Source: Escherichia coli
GTDB lineage: Bacteria > Pseudomonadota > Gammaproteobacteria > Enterobacterales > Enterobacteriaceae
Length of the DNA: 64,000 nucleotides
Reading direction: 5' to 3' (one strand)
Assembly: GCF_024223415.1 (NCBI RefSeq)
Contig: NZ_CP100500.1
Numbering within the stretch: position 1 is the stretch's first letter; each line of letters begins with the position of its first letter. Under the pieces are notes generated by a model that searched no databases, was not told the origin of the DNA, and saw only the letters and a list, made by a program, of their open reading frames with translations. The position numbers and the translations under genes are program-made. Below are positions 48,663 to 60,534 of the stretch, piece by piece.

Positions 48663-51216
48663 ACCGGTAGGCGATCTGGTCGTTGATTTAAGTCTGGATG
48701 CGGCCAGGTTTGACGAGCAGATGGCCAGAGTCAGGCGTCATTTTTCCGGTACGGAAAGTGATGCGAAAAAAACAGCGGCAGTCGTTGAACAGTCAATGAA
48801 CCGGCAGGCGCTGGCTGCACAGAAAGCGGGGATTTCCGTCGGACAGTATAAAGCCGCCATGCGTATGCTGCCTGCACAGTTCACCGACGTGGCCACACAG
48901 CTTGCAGGCGGGCAGAGTCCGTGGCTGATCCTGCTGCAACAGGGTGGTCAGGTGAAGGACTCCTTCGGCGGGATGATCCCCATGTTCAGGGGGCTTGCCG
49001 GTGCGATCACCCTGCCGATGGTCGGGGCCACCTCGCTGGCGGTGGCGACCGGTGCGCTGGCGTATGCCTGGTATCAGGGCAACTCAACCCTGTCCGATTT
49101 CAACAAAACGCTGGTCCTTTCCGGCAATCAGGCGGGACTGACGGCAGATCGTATGCTGGTCCTGTCCAGAGCCGGGCAGGCGGCAGGGCTGACGTTTAAC
49201 CAGACCAGCGAGTCACTCAGCGCACTGGTTAAGGCGGGGGTAAGCGGTGAGGCTCAGATTGCGTCCATCAGCCAGAGTGTGGCGCGTTTCTCCTCTGCAT
49301 CCGGCGTGGAGGTGGACAAGGTCGCTGAAGCCTTCGGGAAGCTGACCACAGACCCGACGTCGGGGCTGACGGCGATGGCGCGCCAGTTCCATAACGTGAC
49401 GGCGGAGCAGATTGCGTATGTTGCTCAGTTGCAGCGTTCCGGCGATGAGGCAGGGGCATTGCAGGCGGCGAACGAGGCCGCAACGAAAGGGTTTGATGAC
49501 CAGACCCGCCGCCTGAAAGAGAACATGGGCACGCTGGAAACCTGGGCAGACAGGACAGCACGGGCATTCAAATCCATGTGGGATGCGGTGCTGGATACTG
49601 GTCGTCCTGATACCGCGCAGGAGATGCTGATTAAGGCAGAGGCCGCGTTTAAGAAAGCGGACGATATCTGGAATCTGCGCAAGGATGATTATTTTGTTAA
49701 CGATGAAGCGCGGGCGCGTTACTGGGATGATCGTGAAAAGGCCCGTCTTGCGCTTGAAGCCGCCCGAAAGAAGGCTGAGCAGCAGAGTCAACAGGACAAA
49801 AATGCGCAGCAGCAGAGCGATACCGAAGCGTCACGGCTGAAATATACCGAAGAGGCGCAGAAGGCTTACGAACGCCTGCAGACACCGCTGGAGAAATATA
49901 CCGCCCGTCAGGAAGAACTGAACAAGGCACTGAAAGACGGAAAAATCCTGCAGGCAGATTACAACACGCTGATGGCGGCGGCGAAAAAGGATTATGAAGC
50001 GACGCTGAAAAAGCCGAAACAGTCCGGCGTGAAGGTGTCTGCGGGCGATCGTCAGGAAGACAGTGCTCATGCCGCCCTGCTGACGCTTCAGGCAGAACTC
50101 CGGACGCTGGAGAAGCATGCCGGAGCAAATGAGAAAATCAGCCAGCAGCGCCGGGATTTGTGGAAGGCGGAGAGTCAGTTCGCGGTACTGGAGGAGGCGG
50201 CGCAACGTCGCCAGCTGTCTGCACAGGAGAAATCCCTGCTGGCGCATAAAGATGAGACGCTGGAGTACAAACGCCAGCTGGCTGCACTTGGCGACAAGGT
50301 TACGTATCAGGAGCGCCTGAACGCGCTGGCGCAGCAGGCGGATAAATTCGCACAGCAGCAACGGGCAAAACGGGCCGCCATTGATGCGAAAAGCCGGGGG
50401 CTGACTGACCGGCAGACAGAACGGGAAGCCACGGAACAGCGCCTGAAGGAACAGTATGGCGATAATCCGCTGGCGCTGAATAACGTCATGTCAGAGCAGA
50501 AAAAGACCTGGGCGGCTGAAGACCAGCTTCGCGGGAACTGGATGGCAGGCCTGAAGTCCGGCTGGAGTGAGTGGGAAGAGAGCGCCACGGACAGTATGTC
50601 GCAGGTAAAAAGTGCAGCCACGCAGACCTTTGATGGAATTGCACAGAATATGGCGGCGATGCTGACCGGCAGTGAGCAGAACTGGCGCAGCTTCACCCGT
50701 TCCGTGCTGTCCATGATGACAGAAATTCTGCTTAAGCAGGCAATGGTGGGGATTGTCGGGAGTATCGGCAGCGTCATTGGCGGTGCTGCCGGTGGTGGCG
50801 CATCAGTGTCAGGCGGTACAGCCATTCAGGCTGCTGCGGCAAAATTCCATTTTGCGACCGGGGGATTTACGGGAACCGGCGGCAAATATGAGCCAGCGGG
50901 GATTGTTCACCGTGGTGAGTTTGTCTTCACGAAGGAGGCAACCAGCCGGATTGGCGTGGGAAATCTCTACCGGCTGATGCGCGGCTATGCCACTGGTGGT
51001 TATGTCGGTGGCACCGGAAGTCCGGCACAAATGCGGCGTTCAGAGGGTATCAGGTTTGAGCAGAACAACAACGTGGTGATTCAGAACGACGGTACGAATG
51101 GTCTGCCAGGTCCACAGATGCTGAAGGCGGTGTATGACATGGCCCGCAAGGGTGCCCGTGATGAAATTCAGACACAGATGCGTGATGGTGGTCTGTTCTC
51201 CGGAGGTGGACGATGA
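48655..51216 (+). CDS. H: tail tape measure protein H
   Basis: 853-aa alpha-helical protein in the gpH position. Confidence 0.9.
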   Translation: MAEPVGDLVVDLSLDAARFDEQMARVRRHFSGTESDAKKTAAVVEQSMNRQALAAQKAGISVGQYKAAMRMLPAQFTDVATQLAGGQSPWLILLQQGGQVKDSFGGMIPMFRGLAGAITLPMVGATSLAVATGALAYAWYQGNSTLSDFNKTLVLSGNQAGLTADRMLVLSRAGQAAGLTFNQTSESLSALVKAGVSGEAQIASISQSVARFSSASGVEVDKVAEAFGKLTTDPTSGLTAMARQFHNVTAEQIAYVAQLQRSGDEAGALQAANEAATKGFDDQTRRLKENMGTLETWADRTARAFKSMWDAVLDTGRPDTAQEMLIKAEAAFKKADDIWNLRKDDYFVNDEARARYWDDREKARLALEAARKKAEQQSQQDKNAQQQSDTEASRLKYTEEAQKAYERLQTPLEKYTARQEELNKALKDGKILQADYNTLMAAAKKDYEATLKKPKQSGVKVSAGDRQEDSAHAALLTLQAELRTLEKHAGANEKISQQRRDLWKAESQFAVLEEAAQRRQLSAQEKSLLAHKDETLEYKRQLAALGDKVTYQERLNALAQQADKFAQQQRAKRAAIDAKSRGLTDRQTEREATEQRLKEQYGDNPLALNNVMSEQKKTWAAEDQLRGNWMAGLKSGWSEWEESATDSMSQVKSAATQTFDGIAQNMAAMLTGSEQNWRSFTRSVLSMMTEILLKQAMVGIVGSIGSVIGGAAGGGASVSGGTAIQAAAAKFHFATGGFTGTGGKYEPAGIVHRGEFVFTKEATSRIGVGNLYRLMRGYATGGYVGGTGSPAQMRRSEGIRFEQNNNVVIQNDGTNGLPGPQMLKAVYDMARKGARDEIQTQMRDGGLFSGGGR

Positions 51217-51542
51217 AAACCTTCCGCTGGAAAGTGAAACCCGGTATGGATGTGGCTTCGGTCCCTTCTGTAAGAAAGGTGCGCTTTGGTGATGGCTATT
51301 CCCAGCGAGCGCCTGCCGGGCTGAATGCCAACCTGAAAACGTACAGCGTGACGCTTTCTGTCCCCCGTGAGGAGGCCACGGTACTGGAGTCGTTTCTGGA
51401 AGAGCACGGGGGCTGGAAATCCTTTCTGTGGACGCCGCCTTATGAGTGGCGGCAGATAAAGGTGACCTGCGCAAAATGGTCGTCGCGGGTCAGTATGCTG
51501 CGTGTTGAGTTCAGCGCAGAGTTTGAACAGGTGGTGAACTGA
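51213..51542 (+). CDS. M: minor tail protein M
   Basis: 109 aa, ATGA-coupled to H; lambda gpM-like. Confidence 0.85.
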   Translation: MKTFRWKVKPGMDVASVPSVRKVRFGDGYSQRAPAGLNANLKTYSVTLSVPREEATVLESFLEEHGGWKSFLWTPPYEWRQIKVTCAKWSSRVSMLRVEFSAEFEQVVN

Positions 51543-52240
51543 TGCAGGATATCCGGCAGGAAACACTGAATGAATGCACCCGTGCGGAGCAGTCGGCCAG
51601 CGTGGTGCTCTGGGAAATCGATCTGACAGAGGTCGGTGGAGAACGTTATTTTTTCTGTAATGAGCAGAACGAAAAAGGTGAGCCGGTCACCTGGCAGGGG
51701 CGACAGTATCAGCCGTATCCCATTCAGGGGAGTGGTTTTGAACTGAATGGCAAAGGCACCAGTACGCGCCCCACGCTGACGGTTTCTAACCTGTACGGTA
51801 TGGTCACCGGTATGGTGGAAGATATGCAGAGTCTGGTCGGCGGAACGGTGGTCCGGCGTAAAGTTTATGCCCGTTTTCTGGATGCGGTGAACTTCGTCAA
51901 CGGAAACAGTGACGCCGATCCGGAGCAGGAGGTTATCAGCCGCTGGCGCATCGAGCAGTGCAGTGATTTGACAGCGGTCAGCGCGACCTTTGTACTGGCC
52001 ACGCCGACGGAAACGGACGGCGCTGTTTTTCCGGGACGTATCATGCTGGCCAACACCTGCACCTGGACCTATCGCGGCGATGAGTGCGGTTATAGCGGTC
52101 CGGCTGTCGCGGATGAATATGACCAGCCAACGTCCGATATCACGAAGGATAAATGCAGCAAATGCCTGAGTGGCTGTAAGTTCCGCAATAACGTCGGCAA
52201 CTTTGGCGGTTTTCTTTCCATTCACAAACTTTCGCAGTAA
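51542..52240 (+). CDS. L: minor tail protein L
   Basis: 232 aa with C-terminal Cys cluster (CTWTYRGDECGY...CSKCLSGC); lambda gpL-like. Confidence 0.85.
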   Translation: MQDIRQETLNECTRAEQSASVVLWEIDLTEVGGERYFFCNEQNEKGEPVTWQGRQYQPYPIQGSGFELNGKGTSTRPTLTVSNLYGMVTGMVEDMQSLVGGTVVRRKVYARFLDAVNFVNGNSDADPEQEVISRWRIEQCSDLTAVSATFVLATPTETDGAVFPGRIMLANTCTWTYRGDECGYSGPAVADEYDQPTSDITKDKCSKCLSGCKFRNNVGNFGGFLSIHKLSQ

Positions 52241-52244
52241 TTCC

Positions 52245-52988
52245 ATGACAGAGACAGAATCAGCGATTCTGGCGCACGCCCGGCGATGTGCGCCAGCGGA
52301 GTCGTGCGGCTTCGTGGTGAGAGCGCCGGAGGGGGAAAGATATTTCCCCTGCGTGAATATCTCCGGTGAGCCGGAGGCGTATTTCCGGATGTCGCCGGAG
52401 GACTGGCTGCAGGCAGAGATGCAGGGTGAGATTGTGGCGCTGGTCCACAGTCACCCCGGTGGTCTGCCCTGGCTGAGTGAGGCCGACCGGCGGCTGCAGG
52501 TGCAGAGTGATTTGCCGTGGTGGCTGGTCTGCCGGGGGGCGATTCACAAGTTCCGCTGTGTGCCGCATCTCACCGGGCGGTGCTTTGAGCACGGGGTGAC
52601 GGACTGTTACACGCTGTTCCGGGATGCTTACCATCTGGCGGGAATTGAGATGCCGGATTTTCATCGCGGGGATGACTGGTGGCGTAACGGTCAGAATCTC
52701 TATCTTGACAATATGGAGGCGACTGGTTTTTACCGTGTCGCACTGACAGAGGCGCAGCCCGGCGACGTGCTGCTGTGCTGTTTTGGTTCATCGGTGCCGA
52801 ATCATGCCGCCATTTACTGCGGCGACGGCGGGCTGCTGCACCATATTCCTGAACAACTGAGCAAACGAGAGAGGTATACCGACAAATGGCAGCGACGCAC
52901 ACACTCCCTCTGGCGTCACCGGGCATGGCACGCATCTGCCTTTACGGGGATTTGCAACGATTTGGCCGCCGCATCGACCTTCGTGTGA
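52245..52988 (+). CDS. K: tail assembly protein K (JAB/MPN + NlpC/P60-like)
   Basis: MTETESAILAHARRCAPAESCGFVV...HSHPGG (JAMM-like motif); lambda gpK-like. Confidence 0.85.
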   Translation: MTETESAILAHARRCAPAESCGFVVRAPEGERYFPCVNISGEPEAYFRMSPEDWLQAEMQGEIVALVHSHPGGLPWLSEADRRLQVQSDLPWWLVCRGAIHKFRCVPHLTGRCFEHGVTDCYTLFRDAYHLAGIEMPDFHRGDDWWRNGQNLYLDNMEATGFYRVALTEAQPGDVLLCCFGSSVPNHAAIYCGDGGLLHHIPEQLSKRERYTDKWQRRTHSLWRHRAWHASAFTGICNDLAAASTFV

Positions 52989-53533
52989 AAACGGGAGCCG
53001 AAGCCATCCGGGCGCTGGCCACGCAGCTCCCTGCGTTTCGTCAGAAACTGAGCGACGGCTGGTATCAGGTGCGTATTGCCGGGCGTGATACAGGCGAAAA
53101 CGAATTATCAGCCCGTCTTAATGAACCGCTGGCAAATGGTGCCGTGATCCACATCGTGCCGCGTCTGGCGGGAGCCAAACGTGGTGGTGTGTTTCAGGCA
53201 GTGCTGGGCGCGGCGCTGATTGCGGTGGCATGGTGGAACCCTGCAGGCTGGCTGGGGGCTGCGGCTTTATCGGGCATGTATGCGGCAGGGGCCAGTATGG
53301 TGCTCGGTGGTGTGGCGCAGATGCTGGCACCGAAAGCCAAAACCCCCCGCACACAGACAACGGATAACGGCAAACAGAACACCTATTTTTCTTCACTGGA
53401 TAACATGGTTGCCCAGGGGAATGCTCTGCCCGTTCTGTACGGTGAAATGCGCGTGGGGTCACGGGTAATTTCGCAGGAGATCAGCACAGCGGATGAGGGG
53501 GATGGCGTCCGGGTTGTGGTGATTGGTCGCTGA
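52886..53533 (+). CDS. I: tail assembly protein I
   Basis: MAATHTLPLASPGMARICLYGDLQRFGRRIDLRVKTG...; lambda gpI-like; overlaps the K 3' end. Confidence 0.85.
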   Translation: MAATHTLPLASPGMARICLYGDLQRFGRRIDLRVKTGAEAIRALATQLPAFRQKLSDGWYQVRIAGRDTGENELSARLNEPLANGAVIHIVPRLAGAKRGGVFQAVLGAALIAVAWWNPAGWLGAAALSGMYAAGASMVLGGVAQMLAPKAKTPRTQTTDNGKQNTYFSSLDNMVAQGNALPVLYGEMRVGSRVISQEISTADEGDGVRVVVIGR

Positions 53534-53593
53534 TGAAAAACGTTTTATGTGAAACCGCCTCCGGGCGGTTTTGTCGTTTATGGAGCGTGAGGA

Positions 53594-56500
53594 ATGGGTA
53601 AAGGCAGCAGTAAGGGGCATACCCCGCGCGAAGCGAAGGACAACCTGAAGTCCACGCAGTTGCTGAGTGTGATCGATGTCATCAGCGAAGGGCCGATACA
53701 AGGACCGGTGGATGGATTAAAAAGCGTGCTGCTGAACGGTACGCCGGTGCTGGACAGTGAGGGGAATACCAATATATCCGGCGTCACGGTGGTATTCCGG
53801 GCCGGTGAGCAGGAGCAGACGCCGCCGGAGGGATTTGAATCCTCCGGCTCCGAGACGGTGCTGGGTACGGAAGTGAAGTACGACACGCCGATTACCCGGA
53901 CCATCACGTCGGCAAACATCGACCGTCTGCGCCTGACCTTCGGTGTGCAGGCACTGGTGGAAACCACCTCAAAGGGGGACCGGAATCCGTCGGAAGTCCG
54001 CCTGCTGGTTCAGATACAGCGTAACGGTCGCTGGTTAACGGAAAAAGACATCACCATTAAGGGCAAAACCACTTCACAGTATCTGGCTTCGGTGGTGGTG
54101 GATAACCTGCCGCCGCGCCCGTTCAGTATCCGGATGCGCAGGATGACACCGGACAGCACCACAGACCAGCTGCAGAACAAAACGCTCTGGTCGTCATACA
54201 CCGAAATCATCGATGTGAAACAGTGCTACCCGAACACGGCACTGGTCGGTGTGCAGGTGGATTCGGAGGAGTTCGGCAGCCAGCAGGTGAGCCGTAATTA
54301 TCATTTTCGCGGGCGCATTCTGCAGGTGCCGTCGAACTATAACCCGCAGACGCGGCAATACAGCGGTATCTGGGACGGAACGTTTAAACCGGCATACAGC
54401 GATAACCCGGCCTGGTGTCTGTGGGATATGCTGACCCACCCGCGCTACGGCATGGGGAAACGTGTTGGCGCAGCGGATGTGGACAAATGGGCGCTGTATG
54501 TCATCGGCCAGTACTGCGACCAGTCGGTGCCGGACGGCTCTGGTGGCACGGAGCCGCGCATCACCTGTAATGCCTGGCTGACCAGGCAGCGTAAGGCGTG
54601 GGATGTGCTCAGTGATTTCTGCTCGGCGATGCGCTGTATGCCGGTATGGAACGGGCAGACGCTGACGTTCGTGCAGGACCGACCGTCGGATAAGGTGTGG
54701 ACCTATAACCGCAGTAATGTGGTGATGCCGGATGATGGCGCGCCGTTCCGCTACAGCTTCAGCGCCCTGAAGGACCGCCATAATGCCGTTGAGGTGAACT
54801 GGAGTGACCCGGATAACGGCCAGGAGACGGCGACAGAGCTTGTGGAGGACACGCAGGCCATTGCCCGTTACGGTCGTAACGTCACGAAGATGGATGCCTT
54901 TGGCTGTACCAGCCGGGGGCAGGCACACCGCGCCGGGCTGTGGCTGATTAAAACGGAGCTGCTGGAAACGCAGACCGTGGACTTCAGCGTGGGTGCCGAA
55001 GGGCTTCGCCATGTGCCGGGCGATGTCATTGAAATCTGTGATGATGACTATGCCGGTATCAGCACCGGTGGGCGCGTGCTGGCGGTGAACAGCCAGACCC
55101 GGACGCTGACGCTCGATCGTGAAATCACGCTGCCATCCTCCGGTACCACGCTGATAAGCCTGGTTGACGGAAGTGGCAATCCGGTCAGCGTGGAGGTTCA
55201 GTCCGTCACTGACGGCGTGAAGGTGAAAGTGAGCAGTGTTCCTGACGGCGTTGCTGAATACAGCGTGTGGGGGCTGAAGCTGCCGACGCTGCGCCAGCGC
55301 CTGTTCCGCTGCGTGAGTATCCGTGAGAACGACGACGGCACGTATGCCATCACTGCCGTGCAGCATGTACCGGAAAAAGAGGCCATCGTGGATAACGGGG
55401 CGCACTTTGACGGCGACCAGAGCGGAACGGTGAATGGTGTCACGCCGCCAGCGGTGCAGCACCTGACCGCAGAAGTCACCGCAGACAGCGGGGAATATCA
55501 GGTGCTGGCGCGCTGGGACACGCCGAAGGTGGTGAAGGGCGTGAGCTTCCTGCTTCGCCTGACCGTGGCAGCGGATGACGGCAGTGAGCGGCTGGTCAGC
55601 ACGGCCCGGACGACGGAAACCACATACCGCTTCAGGCAACTGGCGCTGGGGCGTTACACGCTGACGGTCCGGGCGGTAAATGCCCGGGGGCAGCAGGGAG
55701 ACCCGGCGTCGGTATCGTTCCGGATTGCCGCACCGGCAGCGCCGTCGCGGATTGAGCTGACGCCGGGCTATTTTCAGATAACCGCCACGCCGCATCTTGC
55801 GGTTTACGATCCGACGGTACAGTTTGAGTTCTGGTTTTCGGAAAAGCGGATTACCGATATCAGGCAGGTTGAAACCACAGCCCGTTATCTTGGTACCGGA
55901 AGGCAGTGGCTTGTCTCCGGCCAGAATATTAAACCTGGCCATGATTATTACTTTTATATCCGCAGTGTTAACACTGTCGGTAAATCGGCATTCGTGGAGG
56001 CAGTCGGTCGGGCGAGTAATGATCCTGCCGGTTACCTTAATTTTTTCAGGGGGGCGATAAATAAAACGCATCTGGGACGGGAGATCAATGAACGCATTGA
56101 TGCCTCTGCACGGCGCACTGAAGTTGAGCAACTGGAGAATGCGATTAACCGCGAAATGACGCAGCTGGAGAAAGATGTGAGGCAGCGTGCGGAGCGTGAT
56201 ATCGCAGAGGTGACGAAAAAAATCACGGCGTCTGAAAACAGCATAACGGAACTGGTGGCGAAAAAGAGCGGTGAACAGTCAATGGCCATTGCGGAAGTTG
56301 ACAGAAAAGTTGACAGGATGGGAAGCGAAATCCGGCAGACAGTAAGCAGGAGCACGGAGGAGAACAGCCGACAGATAGCGCAGATCAGACAGTATGTTGA
56401 TGATAAGGGAAGTCAGATCACACAGAGCACGGATAAAAAACTGGGATCCTGGAATGCCAGCATTGAGCAGATACAGAAAGTTCAGGAGGACACGCGCCGG

Positions 56501-57325
56501 AACCTGAACAGCATGTGGGCTGTGAAGCTGCAGCAGACACGGGATGGACGTCTCTATATTGCAGGTATTGGTGCCGGAATCGAAAATACGTCTGACGGAA
56601 TTCAGAGTCAGATCCTGATGCAGGCAGATCGTATTGCGATGATTAACCCGGAAAATGGCAATACAACACCTTTGTTTGTAGCTCAGGGTGATCAGCTGTT
56701 CATGAATGATGTTTTCATGAAGCGACTGTTTGCGGTGAGTATCACCTCATCCGGCAATCCCCCGGCATTTTCCCTGACACCGGACGGGCGTCTGACGGCG
56801 AAAAATGTCGATATCAGTGGTAACGTGAATGCGAATTCGGGCTCGCTCAACAACGTCACGATTAACGAGAACTGTCGGGTTCTGGGAAAACTGTCTGCAA
56901 ACCAGATTGAAGGCGATCTCGTTAAAACAGTGGGTAAGGCTTTCCCCCGTGACTCCCGTGCACCGGAGACGTGGCCATCAGGGACCATTACCGTCAGGGT
57001 TTATGACGATCAGCCGTTTGACCGGCAAATTGTTATTCCAGCGGTGGCTTTCAGGGGGGCCAGACATCCGCGGAAGGATAAGGAGCCTTATTCGTCATGC
57101 CGCCTGATAGTGAAGAAAAACGGGGCTGAAATTTATAACCGAACGGCTCTGGATAATACGCTGATATACACGGGTGTTATTGATATGCCTGCAGGCAGTG
57201 GCGTAATGACACTGGAGTTTTCGGTATCAGCATGGTGGGTAAATGGCTGGTATCCCTCAGCAAGTATCAGCGATTTGCTGGTTGTTGTGATGAAGAAAGC
57301 CACTGCAGGCATCACGATTAGCTGA
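53594..57325 (+). CDS. J: host specificity / central tail fibre protein J
   Basis: [37 protein letters not shown]...; 1243 aa; lambda gpJ-like over most of its length, with a divergent coiled-coil segment near residues ~820-1000. Confidence 0.9.
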   Translation: MGKGSSKGHTPREAKDNLKSTQLLSVIDVISEGPIQGPVDGLKSVLLNGTPVLDSEGNTNISGVTVVFRAGEQEQTPPEGFESSGSETVLGTEVKYDTPITRTITSANIDRLRLTFGVQALVETTSKGDRNPSEVRLLVQIQRNGRWLTEKDITIKGKTTSQYLASVVVDNLPPRPFSIRMRRMTPDSTTDQLQNKTLWSSYTEIIDVKQCYPNTALVGVQVDSEEFGSQQVSRNYHFRGRILQVPSNYNPQTRQYSGIWDGTFKPAYSDNPAWCLWDMLTHPRYGMGKRVGAADVDKWALYVIGQYCDQSVPDGSGGTEPRITCNAWLTRQRKAWDVLSDFCSAMRCMPVWNGQTLTFVQDRPSDKVWTYNRSNVVMPDDGAPFRYSFSALKDRHNAVEVNWSDPDNGQETATELVEDTQAIARYGRNVTKMDAFGCTSRGQAHRAGLWLIKTELLETQTVDFSVGAEGLRHVPGDVIEICDDDYAGISTGGRVLAVNSQTRTLTLDREITLPSSGTTLISLVDGSGNPVSVEVQSVTDGVKVKVSSVPDGVAEYSVWGLKLPTLRQRLFRCVSIRENDDGTYAITAVQHVPEKEAIVDNGAHFDGDQSGTVNGVTPPAVQHLTAEVTADSGEYQVLARWDTPKVVKGVSFLLRLTVAADDGSERLVSTARTTETTYRFRQLALGRYTLTVRAVNARGQQGDPASVSFRIAAPAAPSRIELTPGYFQITATPHLAVYDPTVQFEFWFSEKRITDIRQVETTARYLGTGRQWLVSGQNIKPGHDYYFYIRSVNTVGKSAFVEAVGRASNDPAGYLNFFRGAINKTHLGREINERIDASARRTEVEQLENAINREMTQLEKDVRQRAERDIAEVTKKITASENSITELVAKKSGEQSMAIAEVDRKVDRMGSEIRQTVSRSTEENSRQIAQIRQYVDDKGSQITQSTDKKLGSWNASIEQIQKVQEDTRRNLNSMWAVKLQQTRDGRLYIAGIGAGIENTSDGIQSQILMQADRIAMINPENGNTTPLFVAQGDQLFMNDVFMKRLFAVSITSSGNPPAFSLTPDGRLTAKNVDISGNVNANSGSLNNVTINENCRVLGKLSANQIEGDLVKTVGKAFPRDSRAPETWPSGTITVRVYDDQPFDRQIVIPAVAFRGARHPRKDKEPYSSCRLIVKKNGAEIYNRTALDNTLIYTGVIDMPAGSGVMTLEFSVSAWWVNGWYPSASISDLLVVVMKKATAGITIS

Positions 57326-57383
57326 ATTTTATAACCCAGATACGGGCGCCAGAAATGGCGCCTTTTTTATTTGTGGAGCGAGT

Positions 57384-59198
57384 ATGGCGGCTGTAAAAAT
57401 TTCAGGCGTGCTGAGGGACGGAACCGGAAAACCGGTACCGGGATGCATTATTGAGCTGAAAGCGAAGAGAACCAGCGAGACAGTCATCGCCACGACAGTG
57501 GCTTATGGCATGCCGGAAGAGACGGGGAGTTACAGTATGGATGTGGAGCCAGGAATATACAGGGTGACACTCAATACAGAAGGTTACCGTCCTTCGTATG
57601 TGGGAGATATCGTGGTCAGGGAGGATTCTTCACCGGGAACACTGAATAAATTTCTGATGGAGATGGAAGATGCTCCTTATTATCCGAAGGCGTTGTCAGA
57701 GCTGGAGGCTGTGGTGCAGTCCATACTGCACAGAGCAGAGTCCGCGGCATCTGAGGCGGAGGAAGCCCGGAAACGAGCTGCATCTGCCCGGGGACCACGA
57801 GGAGAGAAAGGGGATACTGGTGCTCGTGGTGAAAGAGGCATTACCGGGCCACAGGGGCCAAAAGGTGAAACAGGAGCACGTGGCCCGGCAGGACCACAGG
57901 GACCAAAAGGTGAAACAGGTGAACGCGGTCCGGCAGGTCCACAGGGACTAAAGGGCGATACAGGTGAACGCGGCCCGGCAGGTCCACAGGGACCAAAGGG
58001 TGAAACAGGTGCACGCGGCCCGGCAGGTCCACAGGGAGCAAAGGGCGAAACAGGTGAACGCGGCCCGGCAGGTCCACAGGGAGCAAAGGGCGAAACAGGT
58101 GCACGTGGTCCGGAAGGCCCTCAGGGTCTGAAGGGAGAAAAGGGTGAGCGAGGAGAAAAAGGCCCTAAGGGGGATAAAGGAGATCCGGGAGGTCCACAGG
58201 GACCAAAGGGGGATACAGGTGAACGCGGCCCGGCAGGTCCACAGGGATCAAAGGGCGATACAGGTGAACGTGGCCCGGCAGGTCCTCAGGGACCAAAGGG
58301 GGATACAGGTGAACGTGGCCCGGAAGGTCCACAGGGAGCAAAGGGTGAAACAGGTGAACGCGGCCCGGCAGGACCACAGGGACCAAAAGGTGAAACAGGT
58401 GAACGCGGTCCGACAGGTCCACAGGGAGCAAAAGGTGAAACAGGAGCACGCGGTCCGGCAGGTCCTCAGGGACCAAGAGGAGAGTCAGCCCGTGGACAAC
58501 TGCTGAATGGTGATCTGAACCGACTGGGACGAGTGACCGATCAGGGTGATTATTATCAGCCATCAGACAGTGGGGCTACACGAGAAAATAATTATCCGAT
58601 TCAGAGAGCGGGTTATCTTCAGGTAAGAGTTGGTGCATGGGGATATTGCCAGCATGAATATACAACCTGGAACCCACCACGAAAGTTCGTAAGAACTGTT
58701 ACTGGTAATTTTACCGGTAATGGCCCCTGGTCTGAATGGAAAGAGCTGGGAGCCCAGGGGGAGCGTGGTCCACAGGGACCAAAAGGTGAAACAGGTGCAC
58801 GCGGTCCGGCAGGTCCACAGGGGCCAAGAGGGTATACAGGTGAACGCGGGCAGACAGGTCTACAGGGGCCAAGAGGGTATACAGGTGAACGCGGTCCGGC
58901 AGGTCCACAGGGGCCAAGAGGAGAAGCGGGGCGGCCAGCGAGCGTCGGAAGTGTTTATTCCGTGGGGTCTTATGTTCTGGGGATCATAGAACGAAATCAT
59001 GAGATAACAAATACCCGTCAAATACCCGGGTATCGTATCAGACAGGCCGTTATTGTGTCGTCGTCATCGGATAAACTTACAGATATCCGCTTTTTATTTG
59101 GCAATCCTATGCTTGGTACATGGATGTTATGCACAACTAACATGACGGTGAATAATATCATTGGGACGATTTGGGGCCTGTTTCAGAGAATACGGTGA
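57384..59198 (+). CDS. side tail fibre protein with collagen-like Gly-X-Y repeats
   Basis: Phage tail-fibre-like N-terminus then long (GxxGPxGxK/R)n collagen-like tracts ([16 protein letters not shown]...). Confidence 0.8.
   Translation: MAAVKISGVLRDGTGKPVPGCIIELKAKRTSETVIATTVAYGMPEETGSYSMDVEPGIYRVTLNTEGYRPSYVGDIVVREDSSPGTLNKFLMEMEDAPYYPKALSELEAVVQSILHRAESAASEAEEARKRAASARGPRGEKGDTGARGERGITGPQGPKGETGARGPAGPQGPKGETGERGPAGPQGLKGDTGERGPAGPQGPKGETGARGPAGPQGAKGETGERGPAGPQGAKGETGARGPEGPQGLKGEKGERGEKGPKGDKGDPGGPQGPKGDTGERGPAGPQGSKGDTGERGPAGPQGPKGDTGERGPEGPQGAKGETGERGPAGPQGPKGETGERGPTGPQGAKGETGARGPAGPQGPRGESARGQLLNGDLNRLGRVTDQGDYYQPSDSGATRENNYPIQRAGYLQVRVGAWGYCQHEYTTWNPPRKFVRTVTGNFTGNGPWSEWKELGAQGERGPQGPKGETGARGPAGPQGPRGYTGERGQTGLQGPRGYTGERGPAGPQGPRGEAGRPASVGSVYSVGSYVLGIIERNHEITNTRQIPGYRIRQAVIVSSSSDKLTDIRFLFGNPMLGTWMLCTTNMTVNNIIGTIWGLFQRIR
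57780..58930 (+). repeat. tandem DNA repeats encoding collagen-like triplets
   Basis: Repeated ~45-bp units (ggtgaaacaggtgaacgcggcccggcaggtccacagggaccaaaggg and variants). Confidence 0.75.
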
Positions 59199-59212
59199 CA
59201 GGGGAGAAATGA

Positions 59213-59788
59213 ATGAAGGTCGATAAAATCACGTCACCAGTGTGGGCTGACAGGGGTCATACGACCATAAACTGTATAGTGAAGTTTTCAGACGCGGAAA
59301 CAGAATGTGTATTTACAGCAAGTGCGGATGATCCTGAGTCTTACGGTCGTGAAATATTTGAAGCCTGCATAAGAGGTGATGCAGGGCCGGTAGGTGAGTA
59401 CCGGGCAAATGATGATATGGCTGTGGAAGAAGCACGCAGGATGAAAAACGCGGAGATAAATGCCTGGCGTGATGCGATGGAGGCGTCAGGGTATGTTTTT
59501 GAGCACAGAGGACGGAAATGGGATTATGGAAAGGAAACCATGACACGTCTTGGAATGTCGGCATCAGCGGCCAGAGGCGGTGTGTTGCCGGAAGGATTTT
59601 TCTGGACGGACGCAGAGAATAATGATGTACCGATGACGGCAGATGAACTGATATCCCTGAGTGATGCTGCTGGTAAAGCGATGTTCAGGAAAGGCCTTGA
59701 AATACATATAAGGCAAAGGGAGATGAAAAAGGCAATAGCAGAACTGAGTGACAGTGAAACCATTCTGGCGTACAGGGTTGGATGGTGA
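59213..59788 (+). CDS. hypothetical tail-fibre-associated protein (191 aa)
   Basis: ORF directly after the tail fibre gene with a GGAG-type RBS; not recognisably a lambda Tfa. Confidence 0.4.
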   Translation: MKVDKITSPVWADRGHTTINCIVKFSDAETECVFTASADDPESYGREIFEACIRGDAGPVGEYRANDDMAVEEARRMKNAEINAWRDAMEASGYVFEHRGRKWDYGKETMTRLGMSASAARGGVLPEGFFWTDAENNDVPMTADELISLSDAAGKAMFRKGLEIHIRQREMKKAIAELSDSETILAYRVGW

Positions 59789-60534
59789 AACTGATAAAAA
59801 AACCCCTCTGAAAATTCTGTCAGAGGGGGGCAAGGATCTATATTTATTATGCAGTAATGCTTTCACTCCGGTAATTAATTTCCGTGATTAACTGCTTTCG
59901 ATCAATAAAGGAATTGCAAAAAGGTGATCTTGTTCACGACATCGTGGATGATAATATGCCTGATGTCTGAATCCGGAAACAGTGATCTGGCGGGTTTCAT
60001 GTGAAGTTGACGGATAAAAAAATCCGCACGACCAGACAGACGTGCGGTTTACGAAATTCGTAACAAGAGGCTTTTCTACGGATCACGTGGTGCGTGCCAC
60101 GTGAAATTTTTGTAGCGCAAAATGTGTAATGTGTAAATACAAGGAAGGAAAAAGTTAAATCGGTGGAAGTCCATGCCTGCCACATGTATGTCTGCATTCC
60201 TCGTTTTGAACAGAATTCTCACCAGACATCGTGAATTTCTCATTCAATCATCAGAGATATTAACCAGGATTTTTATTGTTTTGTGATATCAGCAGTGCAG
60301 GTATACAGACATTAAAGTAATCAGGTTTATTATAACCACCTTTACAAAGTTGTATGTGTTTATAATTTAAGGATTTTAATCCCAGTCGTTTTCTGCTGCT
60401 TAAATTGAGGGCGCATATTATACACAATAATATTCCTGGCATTATTAAATTAATAAAAGAGGATTCTTATCACTGTATTTTTGCTCCGCACTACCGTTCT
60501 GGCTGGTGAAGTAATAATACAGGAGAATAACAGA

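Noticed and set aside
48655-57325. Long antisense ORFs inside the tape measure and J genes (e.g. 54194..56131 minus, 645 aa; 49213..49791; 50307..50825).
   Set aside because: Arg/His/Pro-rich antisense frames of strongly supported structural genes.
59213-59788. Considered calling the 191-aa ORF a lambda-type tail fibre assembly protein (Tfa).
   Set aside because: It shows no resemblance to lambda Tfa as I recall it; left as hypothetical, with the Tfa role only positional.
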